This document shows, piece by piece, positions 14,264 to 28,739 of a stretch of DNA of 64,000 bases. The stretch's first letter is position 1. Every line of letters starts with the position of its first letter. The position numbers were made by a program, and so were the translations under genes. The notes below the pieces were generated by a model. It saw only the letters and a list, made by a program, of their open reading frames with translations. It had not been told where the DNA came from and made no database searches. Source of the DNA: the human T2T-CHM13v2.0 reference genome, Homo sapiens; NCBI RefSeq assembly GCF_009914755.1, contig NC_060936.1. One strand, written 5' to 3'.

Positions 14264-16114
14264 GTTTAATGAATGGGTTTAATGATTGCCTGAAATGGCC
14301 TCCTCCAAGTGCATGTGGAAATGATACAATATTGAAATATACTGGTAGATGAGAAAGTCAGGCACCAAAAACAAAATTATTTTCATGCCACTTAGAAGAA
14401 AATTATTTATTGTCACATGAATCACATGATGCTATGGTCAGTGGGCCAGCATATTTGCGTACGTGTTCCTGGGCATAATTTGAGATGATATGATATGGTT
14501 TCAGCATGGAAAAGGGCCACATTCTTACATTTCCCACCTCCAGTGGAAGCTGAAAACTCCACAGACTCGTGTCGGTTGGACGACTCGGAATGTGCCTCCA
14601 AGTCTCATCAATGCTCGGAGAATTCTAAGATAATTCCCTTTTAAACCCTCAAATCTCTCACTCAAAATGCTCTGCTCTAATTCTAAGGAAATTTCCACAG
14701 ATGGAGACAAAGATAAATATGTGCTCTTGGCCAGGTCTGCATCTCACAATACGACTCATTAAATCAATTAAATCACTCGCTTGGCAGCATTATTTATGGA
14801 AATAAGAAATCGTTTTCCATCAGCAAGTTTGAGGGTGGCTAAACACCGCTTCACAGCGGTAGGGTGGATTGAGCTCAGGCTCACATAATTATGAACCAAA
14901 ACTTCCATCTTGTGAGGCCTCTTTTCACTCTCCCAAGTGCTTCCAAATCCACTTAGGACCTTGTGTCTCCCAGAACAGTATCTCCTTTTGCAGAGGGGAA
15001 CAGCCTCACAGCATCTCTACGTGCAGATGAGAACTGGAAGCAGCACGTGGGCAAGTTGCCAGCTAAGCCAGAACCAGAACTCCAGATTTTAATAGCAAAA
15101 CCTCCACGGGGGGTTGCAGAGGCCAGCCTGGCAGGCAGGGAGGTAGGAGCTTTGGGGAACTGAAGAACCACTGCTCCCCTCTGCAAGCTGATTGCAGCCG
15201 CTCAGAAACAGAATGGGTGTCGCCGGAGCCTCTCATTTCTTTTCTCAAGACAACTGTCAGAAATTCAGCTTATGATAGGAAAGTTTTGCACTTTGGGTTG
15301 TTAACATTAGCCACCAATTCAAAATTGAAAACACAGCGTTTACAGGCCTTATCCTAGTATTTAGATCCACACTTCGTCACCTTCACACTTTCCTCTGCCC
15401 AAATTCCTTCATTCCTCAGGAAGCCACCTCAAGTCGTTTCCCTCTCAGGGATTCGTGCTGCTCCCAGGAAACAAAGGAAGACCCAGAGAAAGAACAGTCT
15501 GTCTCAGAAAAAGGCAGAGATTTCTCAAAGGAAGAATTCCCACTCGAGGATGGAAGAATCACCAGTGCCTGCTCCCGCCCTTCCTGAAGGACCAGGACTT
15601 GGGCTGAGTTGTTAGAACATCCACACATCGCTCCCCGTTTAGGTTCCTGGTAAACAGCAGGAGCTGCCCAGGCAGAGGAGGTGGGTGCCTCGCTGGACAA
15701 CTCAACTCGCGGGCTGGCTCGTCTGCCAGCCTCATCCTGGATCTGGGACTGGCCGTCAGATTTCCCAGGGGCTGCCACCCCATCAACCTGTTGCCGGCAC
15801 AAAGAGGCTAAAAGCCTATTTGGCAAAACCCTAAACAAATGGTCGGTACCCCCAAAACCAAACCTGGAGCTGTAGCGAAGGAGGCTGAGGCACTGAAGAA
15901 CCTTGTGATGCCTCAGCTATGCCAGAATCAATCCCCGTGGCCCACCAGCTACTGACCTCCAGAGGCTGGGGAAGCGCCACAGCCCAGAGGCCCACGGAGC
16001 TTTGGGAAGAAGGCCAGGTGGGCGTGCCACTCGTGGGTCAAGGCCTGCCAGAAATCCTGCTTCGAGCCTGGATGAAAGGCCATTGCAGTAGAACTGGAAC
16101 TGCATTCATGGAAC

Positions 16115-16867
<753 letters not shown>

Positions 16868-17065
16868 AGAACCAGAGGGGATGAGGACGTAGTTGTGCAG
16901 AGCAGGGCTGCTTCCTGGGGGACAGAGCAGGATGGCAGTGTGGTGACACCTGTGTGCACCTGGGCACCTGGGCAGTTCTGCATAGCTGGGCAAGCCAGGG
17001 ACATAGCGGCATACACCAACACCCCTGTACCATCCCTAACGTGATCCTTTACCCCTCACGTGGGT

Positions 17066-17490
17066 TATTTTAAAATTAGGGTGAAATGCACACAGCCTGA
17101 AATTGACCATTTTTATACAATACAGTGGCATGGAGTGGCTTCACAATGTTATGTGACCATCACCATTGCCTAGTTCCAAAACCTTCTTATCACCCCAAGA
17201 CGAAACCCCATATCCATGACCGGCCGCTCCCCATTCCCCACCCCCGCCCCTGCACCCTCCATCAGCATGCTTTCCGTCTGTGTGGGTTCGCCTGCTCGGG
17301 ACGGGTCGTATACGTGGGATCCTGTAACACGTGGCCTTCCGGGTCCGGCCTCTTCCACACAGCGTGTCCGCAAGGTTCATCCGTGTGGTGGCGTGTGTCA
17401 GGCTTCATTCCTTTTCGCGGCTGAATCAGATTCCATCGTGTGGATGGAACACATTCACGTTTCGTTTATCTGCTCATCTGTAGAGGGGCG
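17066..17490 (-). mobile_element. L1MB-type 3' end, strongly GC/CpG-shifted
   Basis: 'aaattgaccatttt..tacagtggcat...tcacaatgttatgtgaccatcacca...caaggttcatccgtgtggtggcgtgtgtcaggcttcattcctttt'. Confidence 0.8.
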
Positions 17491-18289
17491 TGCAGTGAGC
17501 TTTTTACAGATGTTCCCACCCATTCGTGTCAAAGAGAGCATCCTTGATCCAAAGACACAAACTACAAAAGGGCACAGCCGGGACTAGGACCCAAGTTGTC
17601 CCGAAGGACCTGTTGGCCGCCAGATAGTGGTTGAAGGAAGGGACGCAAGCCCTGGTTGACGGAGCCGCGGCCTCTGCTGAGACAGGCGGGTTTGTCCGCA
17701 GGCCTTCGGGAACGATGGGTGTCTCACGCTTCTACCTAAGGCCAACCACCAGTCAGTCCTCCCTCTCTCCTCGTCCTGCTCCACACAGCGCCCCGTGGAG
17801 CAGGCCTCCCCACCCAGCACTTGTCCTCATTTGTGTCTGTGCCCACAGGCTCCACCGCCCCAGCTCTGCCTGATCCACCACCCGCCAGCCTGCTCTGCAC
17901 AGAGGCAAAATCTGTCCCTGCTGGGTTCCTGCCTCCCCTTCTCCAACAGAGCCCCTGCTCCTGCAATGCCCAGGCCTCCTTCCTGTCCCCACTCCCTTCC
18001 GTCCACCCCCATGCCTCCAGGCCGTCCACCCTAAGCTCTGGGTGTCTAAAGAGAATCCTAGGTTTCCCCCGAAACTGCTCTCTGAGAGCCACACCAATCA
18101 GATCGGTTTCAGCTTTATACAAAGAAAGAATCCACGTGACTTTGACACAATTACAGCACTCCGATATAAAGTCTGGAGGTTCATGGTACAGCCAGTGTAT
18201 TAAACAGCTGGGTGGTTTCTTATGAAACTGCTGTGCTTATGACCCAGAAATCCCACTCGGGTATTTACCCAAAACACATGGAAACGCAC

Positions 18290-18655
18290 TGCCATGGTCT
18301 GAATGTGGGACCCCCGGCTAGACCTCGCATGCTGCAATTCTAAGCCCCTAAGGTGGTGGCATCAGCAGGTGGGGAGCTGTAGGACGCCACGAGAGCTAGA
18401 GTGTGGGGCTCTCACGATGGCATTAGCGCGCCATAAGGGGCTGAAGAGACCAGAGCTCCCGACTGCCACCGCGTGAGGACACAGCCTTGAAGACTCCATC
18501 TGTGAAGCAGGAGGTGGCCCTCATCAGGCACCGGACCTGCTGATGTCTTGATTCTGGGCTTCCCAGCCACCAGCGCTGTGAGCAACCAATGCCTGCTATT
18601 TATCAGCCACCCCGTTGATGGGGTTTTGCCACAGCAGCCTTGATGAACTGGGACA
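18290..18655 (+). mobile_element. MLT1A LTR
   Basis: 'tgccatggtctgaatgt...gtgaggacacag...gccctcatcaggcaccggacctgctg...tatttatcagccacccc'. Confidence 0.85.
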
Positions 18656-18785
18656 CACATGTGTTCACACAAAAACCTGTAGGTGAATTTTTTTAGGGGC
18701 TTTATTCTTAACTGCCCAAAATTGGAAAAAAAAATCCAAATGTCCCTCAGTGGAGGATGGATTAAAAAAAAAAAAAAAAAACGGG

Positions 18786-19131
<346 letters not shown>

Positions 19132-19491
19132 TCAGCCACAAAAAGGAGCAAACCACCACACAGCCCAAATCATGGATGAGTCTCAAATGTACCATGAGAA
19201 GAGACGGTTCCAGACCCACAGGCTTCCTGCCGATCCCACGCATGTGGCCTGCAGGGAGAGGCAGAACTCCAGCAGGGACAAGTGAGGGGCTGCTGGGGTC
19301 AGGGTGAGGGGAGGGAAAGCCTGCCAGGGGACAGGAGGGAACCCTTAGGGGTGACGGGAAAAAGCCTGTGGCTTAGTCATGTGGGTTACACAGCTGCATG
19401 CATTTGTCAGCACTCACAGCAGTGTGCACCTAGAAAGGCACCTGTGTAAACCCTACCTCCACAAATGTGAGTTTCAGAACATAGTCTAGAT

Positions 19492-19690
19492 TAGGGGTTT
19501 TCAATCAGGAGGTGATTGTGGTGCCCAGGGGACAGCAGGTGATGCCTGGAGACATTTTTGGTTGTTACGACTAGGGTGGGGGTGCTGTTGGCATCTGGTG
19601 GGTAGAGGCCAGGGACACTGCTCAGCCTTCTACGAGGAGCATGGCAGCCCCCTACAAATGGGCCAAGCATATGATGATTATGTCAACCAC
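19492..19690 (-). mobile_element. MER20
   Basis: 'ggagacatttttggttgttacgact...tggcatctggtgggtagaggccaggga'. Confidence 0.8.
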
Positions 19691-19788
19691 AAAGGTACAC
19701 GGAGAGGCACTGGGAGTACACACAAGTGACAAGTCACGTGAGCATGCTGGGATGATGAGTGAGCGTCTTCCATTAAGGTTATCTTTAG

Positions 19789-20091
19789 GGCCGGGTGCAG
19801 TGGCTCACAGCTGTAATCCCAGCACTTTAGAAGGCCAAGGCAGGCAGATCACCTGAGGTCAGGAGTTCGAGACCAGCCTGGCCAACATGGCGAAACCCCA
19901 TCTCTACTAAAAATACAAAAATTAGCTCAGGGTGGTGGCGGGCACTTGTAGTCCCAGCTACTCAGGAGACTGAGGCAGGAGAATCACTTGAACCTGGGAG
20001 GCAGAGGCTGCAGTGAGCCAAGATCGCAACACTGAACTCCACCCTGGGAGACAGAGCGGAACACTGTCTCAAAAAAACCAAACAAAAAAAA
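19789..20091 (+). mobile_element. AluSx-like
   Basis: Full dimer; TSD aaggttatctttag / aagattacctttag. Confidence 0.93.
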
Positions 20092-20699
20092 GATTACCTT
20101 TAGCACAGGTGTTAACTACGTGTTAATACAAAACCAGTCTGGGGTGGGGTCAAGCCTTTGTCAACTGTCCATCAGGGCCCCACTAGGCCTGTGTGTTTCC
20201 CTGAGCCAAACCGGACCACTGTGGCAATTTCCACCACTGTCCCCCCAAAATCATTCTTTATCCAGCATTCAGAGCAATGTTCATTTTAAAGCATAAACCA
20301 GATCACATTACACCTCGTTACCATTTCTCCATCGCACCCAGATGAATCCTTGCCTTGGCCTGAAGGCCCCGCAGAAGGCACCCCTCCTCCACCTGGCTCC
20401 CTCTCCCCTCCTCTCTGCACCCACCGTGCTCAGCACCTAAACAGGCACCTTCCTTCTTTCTCTACCCTTCTTCTTGGCAGAACAAAGGACTGTTCTGGAT
20501 TGCCTGAGGGTGACTGGATGGGGAAGAGCCCAGTTCTTTCCTTATCGAAGTCCCTCCCACAAACAAACCTGGGTGCAGCCTCTATGACCCTAGACGACTC
20601 TTCCCTCTGCCTGGATTAGAGCCAGACACAGGCCTCCTGAGAGCAGAGGGCCTGGTGCCACCCACACTCTCTAAGAAGGCTGGGGGAGCAGCGAAAACG

Positions 20700-21530
<831 letters not shown>

Positions 21531-21899
21531 GACTAACCTGATCATTTCCCAACAACAACCAAAAAAAAGAAGGGTTATAGAATCTAGAAGAATGATAAAT
21601 TGTGCGTGCGGACTTTTTTAGGTAATGCAAACGAATGAACACCTGCCTCTCCTATACAATTAGGAAACCCTGCATTTATCATCAGGAAAGCTGGGATTCC
21701 AGTTCGCTGGATTTGACTAATTCCCCTTTATCCAGTACAGAGCCTGGCATAACCAAAAGTCACTGGCCCCATGCATTTGTGTCTAGAGAACCATTTGTCC
21801 ACGGGGCAGGACATAACCCACTACTCATTAATTACTAGGAAACAACCTCTTTTCTCTTGGAGAAACCATTAGTCTCACAATCGCCTTTTTAAACATCCA

Positions 21900-22115
21900 C
21901 GTTTGCACAAGAAAGTTAATCCTTGGTGTCAGAGGTCAAGGCGGTGACTTCTCTCACTGGGGAGGTGATGGACGGGGCATGAGAGCTCCCAAGGTCCTGA
22001 GGTGTCCTGTCTCTGATGGTGCGGGTGCAGGTGCGGGCGCATTCGCCTGGTGAGAATCTAGCAGCTGAGACGGCTGTGATGTGTACCCTTTTCTCTATGG
22101 ATACTGGGCTTAAAA
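21900..22115 (+). mobile_element. L1ME-type 3' end, GC-shifted
   Basis: 'gtgtcagaggtcaaggcggtgactt...ggggcatgagag...tgtgtacccttttctctatg'. Confidence 0.55.
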
Positions 22116-22260
22116 AACAAACACTCTGTACAAAAATACTTCACCCTCCCCTCAAATCCATGTTTTCTGAAAAAGTAACATAAGTGGCTTTTAAATATGA
22201 GAAAGACAAACCAAACTTCTCTCAAACAAAGAAATAAAAAATATAAAGATGAATGTCCCT

Positions 22261-22554
22261 GTGTTCACCCACCGCGGGAAGGACCTGTGACTGTGACCAC
22301 GCAGAGAGTGTGTTCGCCCGCCGCGGGAAGGATCCGTGAGTGTGATCATGCAGGCAGTGTGTTCACCCACCGCGGGAAGGACCCGTGAGTGTGATCACGC
22401 AGGGAGTGTGTTCGCCCGCCGTGGGAAGGATCCCTGAGTGTGATCATGCAGGCAGTGTGTTCACCCACCGTGGGAAGGATCCCTGAGTGTGATCACGCAG
22501 GCAGTGTGTTCACCCACCGTGGGAAGGACCAGCAAGTGAGACCATGCAGGCAAT
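22261..22554. repeat. VNTR, 49-bp unit x6
   Basis: Units start at 22261, 22310, 22359, 22408, 22457, 22506 (gtgttcacccaccgcgggaagga...). Confidence 0.95.
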
Positions 22555-22980
22555 ATGCTTTGTATGGAAACAGGAGCTCTCATGCATTATTGGTGGGAGA
22601 GAAAACTAGTCCAACTTCTTTGGAAAGTTCTCAGTAAAAATCTCCCAAAACTAAAAATGCACATACCCTGCGACCCTACAGATTATCTTCCAGGAACTTT
22701 TCCTACAGGGATTCTAACATGAGCATGAAATGGCGTTGAGGATGACTTGGCTTGTAAGAGTAAGGTTGAGAAAGCTCCTGTGTGCCAGTCCATAGTACAC
22801 GGTGCCATGGGTGCCTTTGAATGGAGGGGGCCAGAGCTGTGAGCACACAGATGGTGTCATGTTGTTCAGTGAGAAAAGCAGGGCAGTGGGCACAGTCAAG
22901 GAGCACTTGTGGGTTTTGGCCATGTGGGAACACACACTCAGATACACACATACACACGCAAGCTTGGACATGCAAAGGCT
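22555..22980 (+). mobile_element. L1ME fragment
   Basis: 'ggaaacaggagctctcatgcattattggtgggag...ttctttggaaag...aaaatgcacataccctgcgaccc'. Confidence 0.65.
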
Positions 22981-23027
22981 CTCGCTCAAATAACACAAGA
23001 CACCGACATCACTGCCTGCTTCTAGGA

Positions 23028-23259
23028 CCGCGGCTCTCGGGGAGAGGCAATTTTGCCCCCACCCACTCATACACACAGGAAGCATTTGGCAATGTCTGGG
23101 GGCATTTCGGTTATTGCAACTGGGGAGTGGCCAGGGCTGTTCCCACCATCTGGTGGGTAGGGGCCAGGGACATTGCTGAACGTCCTACAGTGCATGGAAC
23201 AGCCCCATGACAAGGGCAGCCCGGCCCCGTGGCAGCGCGACTGAGGCTGAGAGGCCCTG
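23028..23259 (-). mobile_element. MER20
   Basis: 'ttttgccccc...catttggcaatgtctgggggcatttcggttattgcaactgggg...tggtgggtaggggccagggacattgct'. Confidence 0.82.
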
Positions 23260-23611
23260 GGCTCAGAGGAGATCGGGGTGGGAGGAGGACAGTTCCCGCC
23301 ACACTTCATTTCGTGCTGTAGGGATTTTGTTGTGTGATAGATTAACTTTTGAAGTATGTTTTTAAATCTGTCTCCATAGCTGAACCCTGGAGAAATCTCA
23401 GCTTATGCAGAGGAATACTCATCTCTGTAGCATCTACAGGGCATTCTCTGTGCAGGCTTTCCTGATAATTAATAATTGGTATCAGGACACCAGAGGTGAG
23501 AGAGAAATCTCAAGCCCCAAAGCTGAATATTTCAAAAGAGGAACAATAATTGCAAGTTCTGTAAAAGTAGCTTCCCATACTTATCAACTTTTATTCACAA
23601 GGACTATGATT

Positions 23612-23748
23612 AGCAGTGGCTCAAGCCTGTAACCCTAGTACTTTGGGAGGTCAAGGTGGGAGGATCACTTGAGGTCAGGAGTTCAAGAACAGCCCAGGCA
23701 ATACAGTGAGACCCTATCTCTAAAAAAAAATAAAAAATAAAAATAAAT
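23612..23748 (+). mobile_element. FLAM
   Basis: Single left arm with A-rich tail. Confidence 0.85.
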
Positions 23749-23764
23749 GCATGTACTTTTTACA

Positions 23765-23975
23765 AATTTTTTGTAATAAAATATAACATAAGATGTAAAC
23801 CATTTTAAGTGAACACTTTAGTAACTTTAAGTATACTCACAATCCTTGTATCCATCACCTGTTTTTAGTTCCAGAATTTTTTATCACTCTAAACAGAATC
23901 TCTATGCTCATTAAGCAATAACTCCCCCTTCCTCCCTCCCCTATTCCCTAGTAACCTCTATTCTACTTTTTGTTG
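23765..23975 (-). mobile_element. L1MB 3' end
   Basis: 'ccattttaagtgaacac...ttccagaattttttatcactctaaacagaa...cattaagcaataactcccc'. Confidence 0.75.
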
Positions 23976-24136
23976 ATTTTTTTTAAAAAAATCAATCTCA
24001 TATTTCATGTTAATAAGCCAAGTTTAAGCAACACTTTAAGATGAACTAAGGTCGTGTAAATTAATTGCCAGCCTTGGTAATTAAGATGCGATAACTCTTT
24101 ATCCATCCCTCACATGACAACCTCACGCGAGTATTT

Positions 24137-24439
<303 letters not shown>

Positions 24440-24602
24440 ATGCAAGTATTTCTTATGCATACATGTGGCAAAGACAGATCTCACTATCCCTCGTAAATGT
24501 GGGGCCCAACTTCCATAGTGTGGCATTGCTGCTGGGTGGTGGCTCACCCAGGGACACCCTCCCAGCCCTTGTCCCGTATCCCGGTGAGGGGATGTGACCC
24601 AA

Positions 24603-24725
24603 GCCAAGGGATGCATCTCCTTTCCTAGACAGACAGCCTCGTCCGCCCTCCCTTCCCCCACTGCCAAGGGATGCATCTCCTTTCCCAGCCAGAGAGCCTC
24701 GTCTGCTCTCCCTTCCCCTACTGCC
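24603..24725. repeat. 60-bp tandem duplication inside an old MLT1-like LTR
   Basis: gccaagggatgcatctcctttcc... x2 with a few mismatches. Confidence 0.92.
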
Positions 24726-25483
24726 GGCTGGATGCTGGGGCCTCTGGGGCCCTGGAGCACCGCCAGCCCCAAGATGGAAGAAACCTGGGTTCCTGAGTGA
24801 CCACGTGGAGGAAGCCACTCACTGACCATTGCACCTCCCTGCAAGGGGGAAATGAACGGGCTGTGCTGAGCCCCCAGAGTTCCTGGATTTTTGCTGCAGC
24901 TGACATTAACCTGACTAACACCAGCGCCGCTTATGGATGTGAGCAACTGAAATTCAAATCATGCACGGCGCACCAGGGGTGTTTAATAAAAGTTGTCACT
25001 GCTGAATGCTAAAAAGCTAAATTTTAAAAAATAGCTGTATGCTGTAAAACTTGATCTTCCAAAAAATTCAAAACATATCAGACACGGAGTGCGTGCAGTG
25101 GTGGGCAGACGATCGATTTCCTTGTGTCACTTTGTGACACTGAGCTGTGAGGGACGGGTCCAGTCACTCAGGCATTAGGAGGCAGCGCCCAATCTCTGCT
25201 TCCCAGACTTCTGCTCCTGGTGATAATTGATGAAGACGAGACTCATTGGCCAAAGCCGTGCTCACAAGGGAAGGAGCCTTCCACAGGAGTCTGAAATTTC
25301 TAATAAGATTGTTCACATCCAAGTATTTCTTTCAGATACGAGTACCCCGAGCTATGAGCAAAACATTTGTCCCAAAAAGATTTTTATAAGTAAGTCATGT
25401 TTCTAGAAGCTGATGGGCTTATTTTGTTGTCTAATTATGTCGGAGGCGCACTATGTCTCATTCTTTTATCTTTAAGGTGAGGT

Positions 25484-25900
25484 CGTAGTAGTTGAATAGT
25501 GCCTTCCCCAAAAAACCCACATGACCCCATTTGGAAACAGGGTCTGTGCAGGTATAATTAAGGTAAGGGTAGAGATGAGATCCAGGGGGGTTGGGGTGGA
25601 CCCTCCATCTGATGAGAGTGTCCACATAAGAGGTAGAAAAGGACACACACAGACACGGGAAAGCTCACACGGATGGCAGTGGAACCAGAGGTCGGAGTGA
25701 TGTGGCCACAAGCCCAAGGATGCCAAGGACAGCCGGGGAACGCAGGGAGCCAGGCTCCCCACAGAGCCTCCAGGGGGAAGGCAGCTCTGCGGACACCCTG
25801 ACCTCAGGCTTCCAGCCTCCAGAGCTGCGAGAGGATGCATTCAGGTTGTAAAGGCCCCCAGCTCTGATCACTGGCAATGAATGAACTAGGAAATAAATTC
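25484..25900 (+). mobile_element. MLT1B/C LTR
   Basis: 'tttggaaacagggtctgtgcaggtataattaag...ggagtgatgtggccacaagcccaaggatgcc...ttccagcctccagagctgcgaga'. Confidence 0.85.
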
Positions 25901-25911
25901 TCTGGTGGTAT

Positions 25912-26400
25912 TGTCAGAGGCATGTGAACCAGAGCAACTCCATCTTGAATAGGGGCTGGGTAAGATGAGGCTGAGACCTACTGGGCTGCATTCCCAGATG
26001 GTGAAGGCATTCTAAGTCACTGGATGAGATAGGAGGTCGACAAAAGACACAGGTCATAAAGACCTTGCGGATAAAACAGTTGCAGTAAACAAGCCGGCCA
26101 AATCCCACCAAAACCAAGATGACCACAAGAGTGATCTCTGGTCATCCTCATTGCTACACTCCCACCAGCACTACGACAATTTACAAACGCCATGGCAATG
26201 TCAGGAAGTTACCCTATATGGTCTAGAAAGGGGAGGTAAGAATAATCCACCCCTTGTTTAGCATATAATTAAGAAATAACCATAAAAATAGGCAACCAGC
26301 AGCCCTCGGGGTTGTCCTGCCTATGGAATAGCCATTCTTTATTCCTTTACTTTCCTAATAAATTTGCTTTCACCTTACAGACTCACGCTGAATTCTTTCT
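25912..26400 (+). mobile_element. MER41A LTR (3'-truncated)
   Basis: 'tgtcagaggcatgtgaaccagagcaactccatcttgaatagg...ccatggcaatgtcaggaagttaccctatatggtct'. Confidence 0.88.
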
Positions 26401-27452
26401 GTAGAGAATCCCCTTTCCCTCTCCAGGACTTTTTCCAGATCCAGGAGAGAATCAACTAAGAGTCTGGCACCTTTATAAGTCTGATAAGAAACATTTACAT
26501 CTGTTCTCTCTGAAGCCTGCTGTCTGGAGGCTGCATCTGCATCATAAGAACCTCGGCCTCCACAACCCCTTATCTGAACCCAGACACCCCTTTCTATTGA
26601 TTCCAGGTCTTCAGATGAACTCATTCAACCAACTGCCAATCAGAAAATTTTTAAATCTACCTATCACCTGGAAGTCCCCATCCCTACCCCCACCCACACT
26701 TTGAGTTGCACCAAATCAACGTACATCTTAAATGCATTGGACTGATGTTCCATGTCTCCCAAAAATGTATAAAACCAAGCTGCGCCCCAACCACCTTGGG
26801 CACATGTTCTCGGGACCTCCTGAGGGCCGTGTCACAGGCCAGGGTCACTCATATTTGGCTCAGAATAAATCTCTTCAAATATTTTAGAGTTTCACTCTTT
26901 TTGTCAAAGGCGTTCAAACCATAGCGACTCCATCTTGAGTGAGAGCTAGGAAAAATGAGGCTGGGGCTTGCTGAGCTGCATTTTTAGGAGGTGAGGTGTT
27001 TCCAGGCTGTAGATGTTTACGGTTAAGATAACAGTTTGATAACATTTACTAAAAAGACCCAGACTTAGGAGTGTCCTGATATCCCGATATCTTGAGAACA
27101 GAAACATTCCTAATTTTGCTTTAAAGATAATAATATCGATTCTTGCAAAATGTAGTAATTAAGAAAATTAATCCTTTATCACAAACCCTTACAGCAGAGC
27201 ACATCTCCCCATGATCTTTTTTTATCCCATATATATACGAGTATTACCCTTAGGGTGGACACCTTCCTTCTCTTACTTTCGGGACTGCCCTGCTCCGTCT
27301 ATGGAGTAGCTCTTCTTTCACCCCTTCACTTCTTCATAAACTTGCTTTCACTCTGCACTGCAGACTCACCCTGAATTCTTTCTTGCAGGAGATCCAAGAA
27401 CCCTCTCTGGGGGTCTGGATTAGGACCACTTTCTAGTAACATTTTTGTCAAC
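26400..27452 (+). mobile_element. MER4-family LTR; terminal bases resume at 27442-27452 after a MER41 insertion
   Basis: 'gtctgataagaaacatttaca...ctctctgaagcctgct...cactcatatttggctcagaataaatctcttcaaatatttta' ... 'ttttgtcaaca'. Confidence 0.82.
26902..27441 (+). mobile_element. MER41 (C/D-like) solo LTR nested in MER4
   Basis: TG...CA termini: 'tgtcaaaggcgttcaaaccatagcgactccatcttg' ... 'gatccaagaaccctctctgggggtctggattaggaccactttctagtaaca'; tttt TSD. Confidence 0.85.
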
Positions 27453-28129
27453 ATGAGTTCATCACCCACATTTAAAACTTACAAGATAAATCCAGAAACC
27501 AAACTTTTTGGATTCTCTTGAAAAATAAGGAGCTCCTGCAACCTTCCTAAATGGCAGCCACCCTCTCTTATCTCCCCCACACCGGGGACAATGTCTGCTG
27601 CCTTCTCTCTCTAGCCCCACTCTGCTTCATTAATAATAATATGGAATTACAGTAATGATAGGATTAAGAAGAAAGAGCATTTTTACCTCTCCGTCTCCAG
27701 ATGGTGGAGATGTTCCTTTGTTTTACTACAGTAACCCCTTTATATACGGATCTCATAACATCATGTTGTATATCTTAAATATACACAATAAAAGCTATTA
27801 AATAAATAATAAAATTGAAAAACAGATGTTAAAAATGGAACCAGGAAGGCTGCATGATTCCAGAACAATCGGAGACAGTATGTCCCTTTGGAGAAGTGAA
27901 GAAGACGACTGGGCAGGCGCCGTTGCCCTATGATGTCATCCGCCTGACCCTGTGAGCATTTGGTTCAAAATCTCTGCCCCTGGAAGACTGAGTGGCCCGG
28001 CAGCCACTGAAAAGCCTCATTTCCAAAAAGCCCAGGCAGGAAGGGAGCCGTGTGGCCGCCGTGGCTCATGGCAATGCTGGAGTCACTGGGCCTCGTGCTT
28101 CTGAGCCCTTGAACGGCTCAGGTTAAAGA

Positions 28130-28705
28130 GATCCCGCGACTCTTTATGTTCTAAAAGCAGATCACTCCAAACAGCCCCCTTCCCCTCAGGCCTGGGATGA
28201 GATTCACAGATGCCCTGCTCTGTTTACCTATGACAAGGCCAGACACAGCCCCTCCAAAATCTCAGCCTTTGCCTTCTCAGAGATGAGCTGAACTGCGTGT
28301 CCGCTGGTGGACCAGAACAAAATGCGCATCAGCCAATCTTTCTTTAAGCTCCTCTCCTTCCCCTAGGTCCGCCCAGGCCCGCCCCCAAAGCATGAGCCCC
28401 AGAAGGCCCCCAGCATCCCCCCGGGGAGCAGATGCACCCCAAGGCAGGACTTTCTCCCATCTGCTGTCCGGTCCTTGCCACCGTGGCCCCAGCGCCTCAC
28501 ACCGCACACCGCCCGGCACCTGCTCTTCCTAGCTGGTTTTCTCCTCCCTTTAAAGGGAAAACCCAGGCTGCCTGGCCCTGGAGACTGGCAGTCACGGCCA
28601 GAGCCCTCCCCACATTCCCGTTGCCCCTTCCTGCCGCCATAGGGATCAGTTACAATAAAACCCCTCCTTCTGGAGTCCAGGATTTCTTCTGTGGCCTCAT
28701 CATGG
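28130..28705 (+). mobile_element. MER31-like LTR
   Basis: 'tgtttacctatgacaaggccagacacagcccctccaaa...agctgaactg'; aataaa near 28654. Confidence 0.6.
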
Positions 28706-28739
28706 AGCTATGGTCACTCAGGAGGACAATGGGTTAAGA

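Noticed and set aside
22261-22554. CRISPR-like array
   Set aside because: The units are contiguous with no unique spacers, there are no cas genes, and the context is mammalian; it is a VNTR.
25912-26400. MER41 as a STAT1/interferon-gamma enhancer
   Set aside because: This copy reads 'aaaggggaggtaagaataatccacc' and lacks the segment with tandem TTCnnnGAA sites typical of MER41B.
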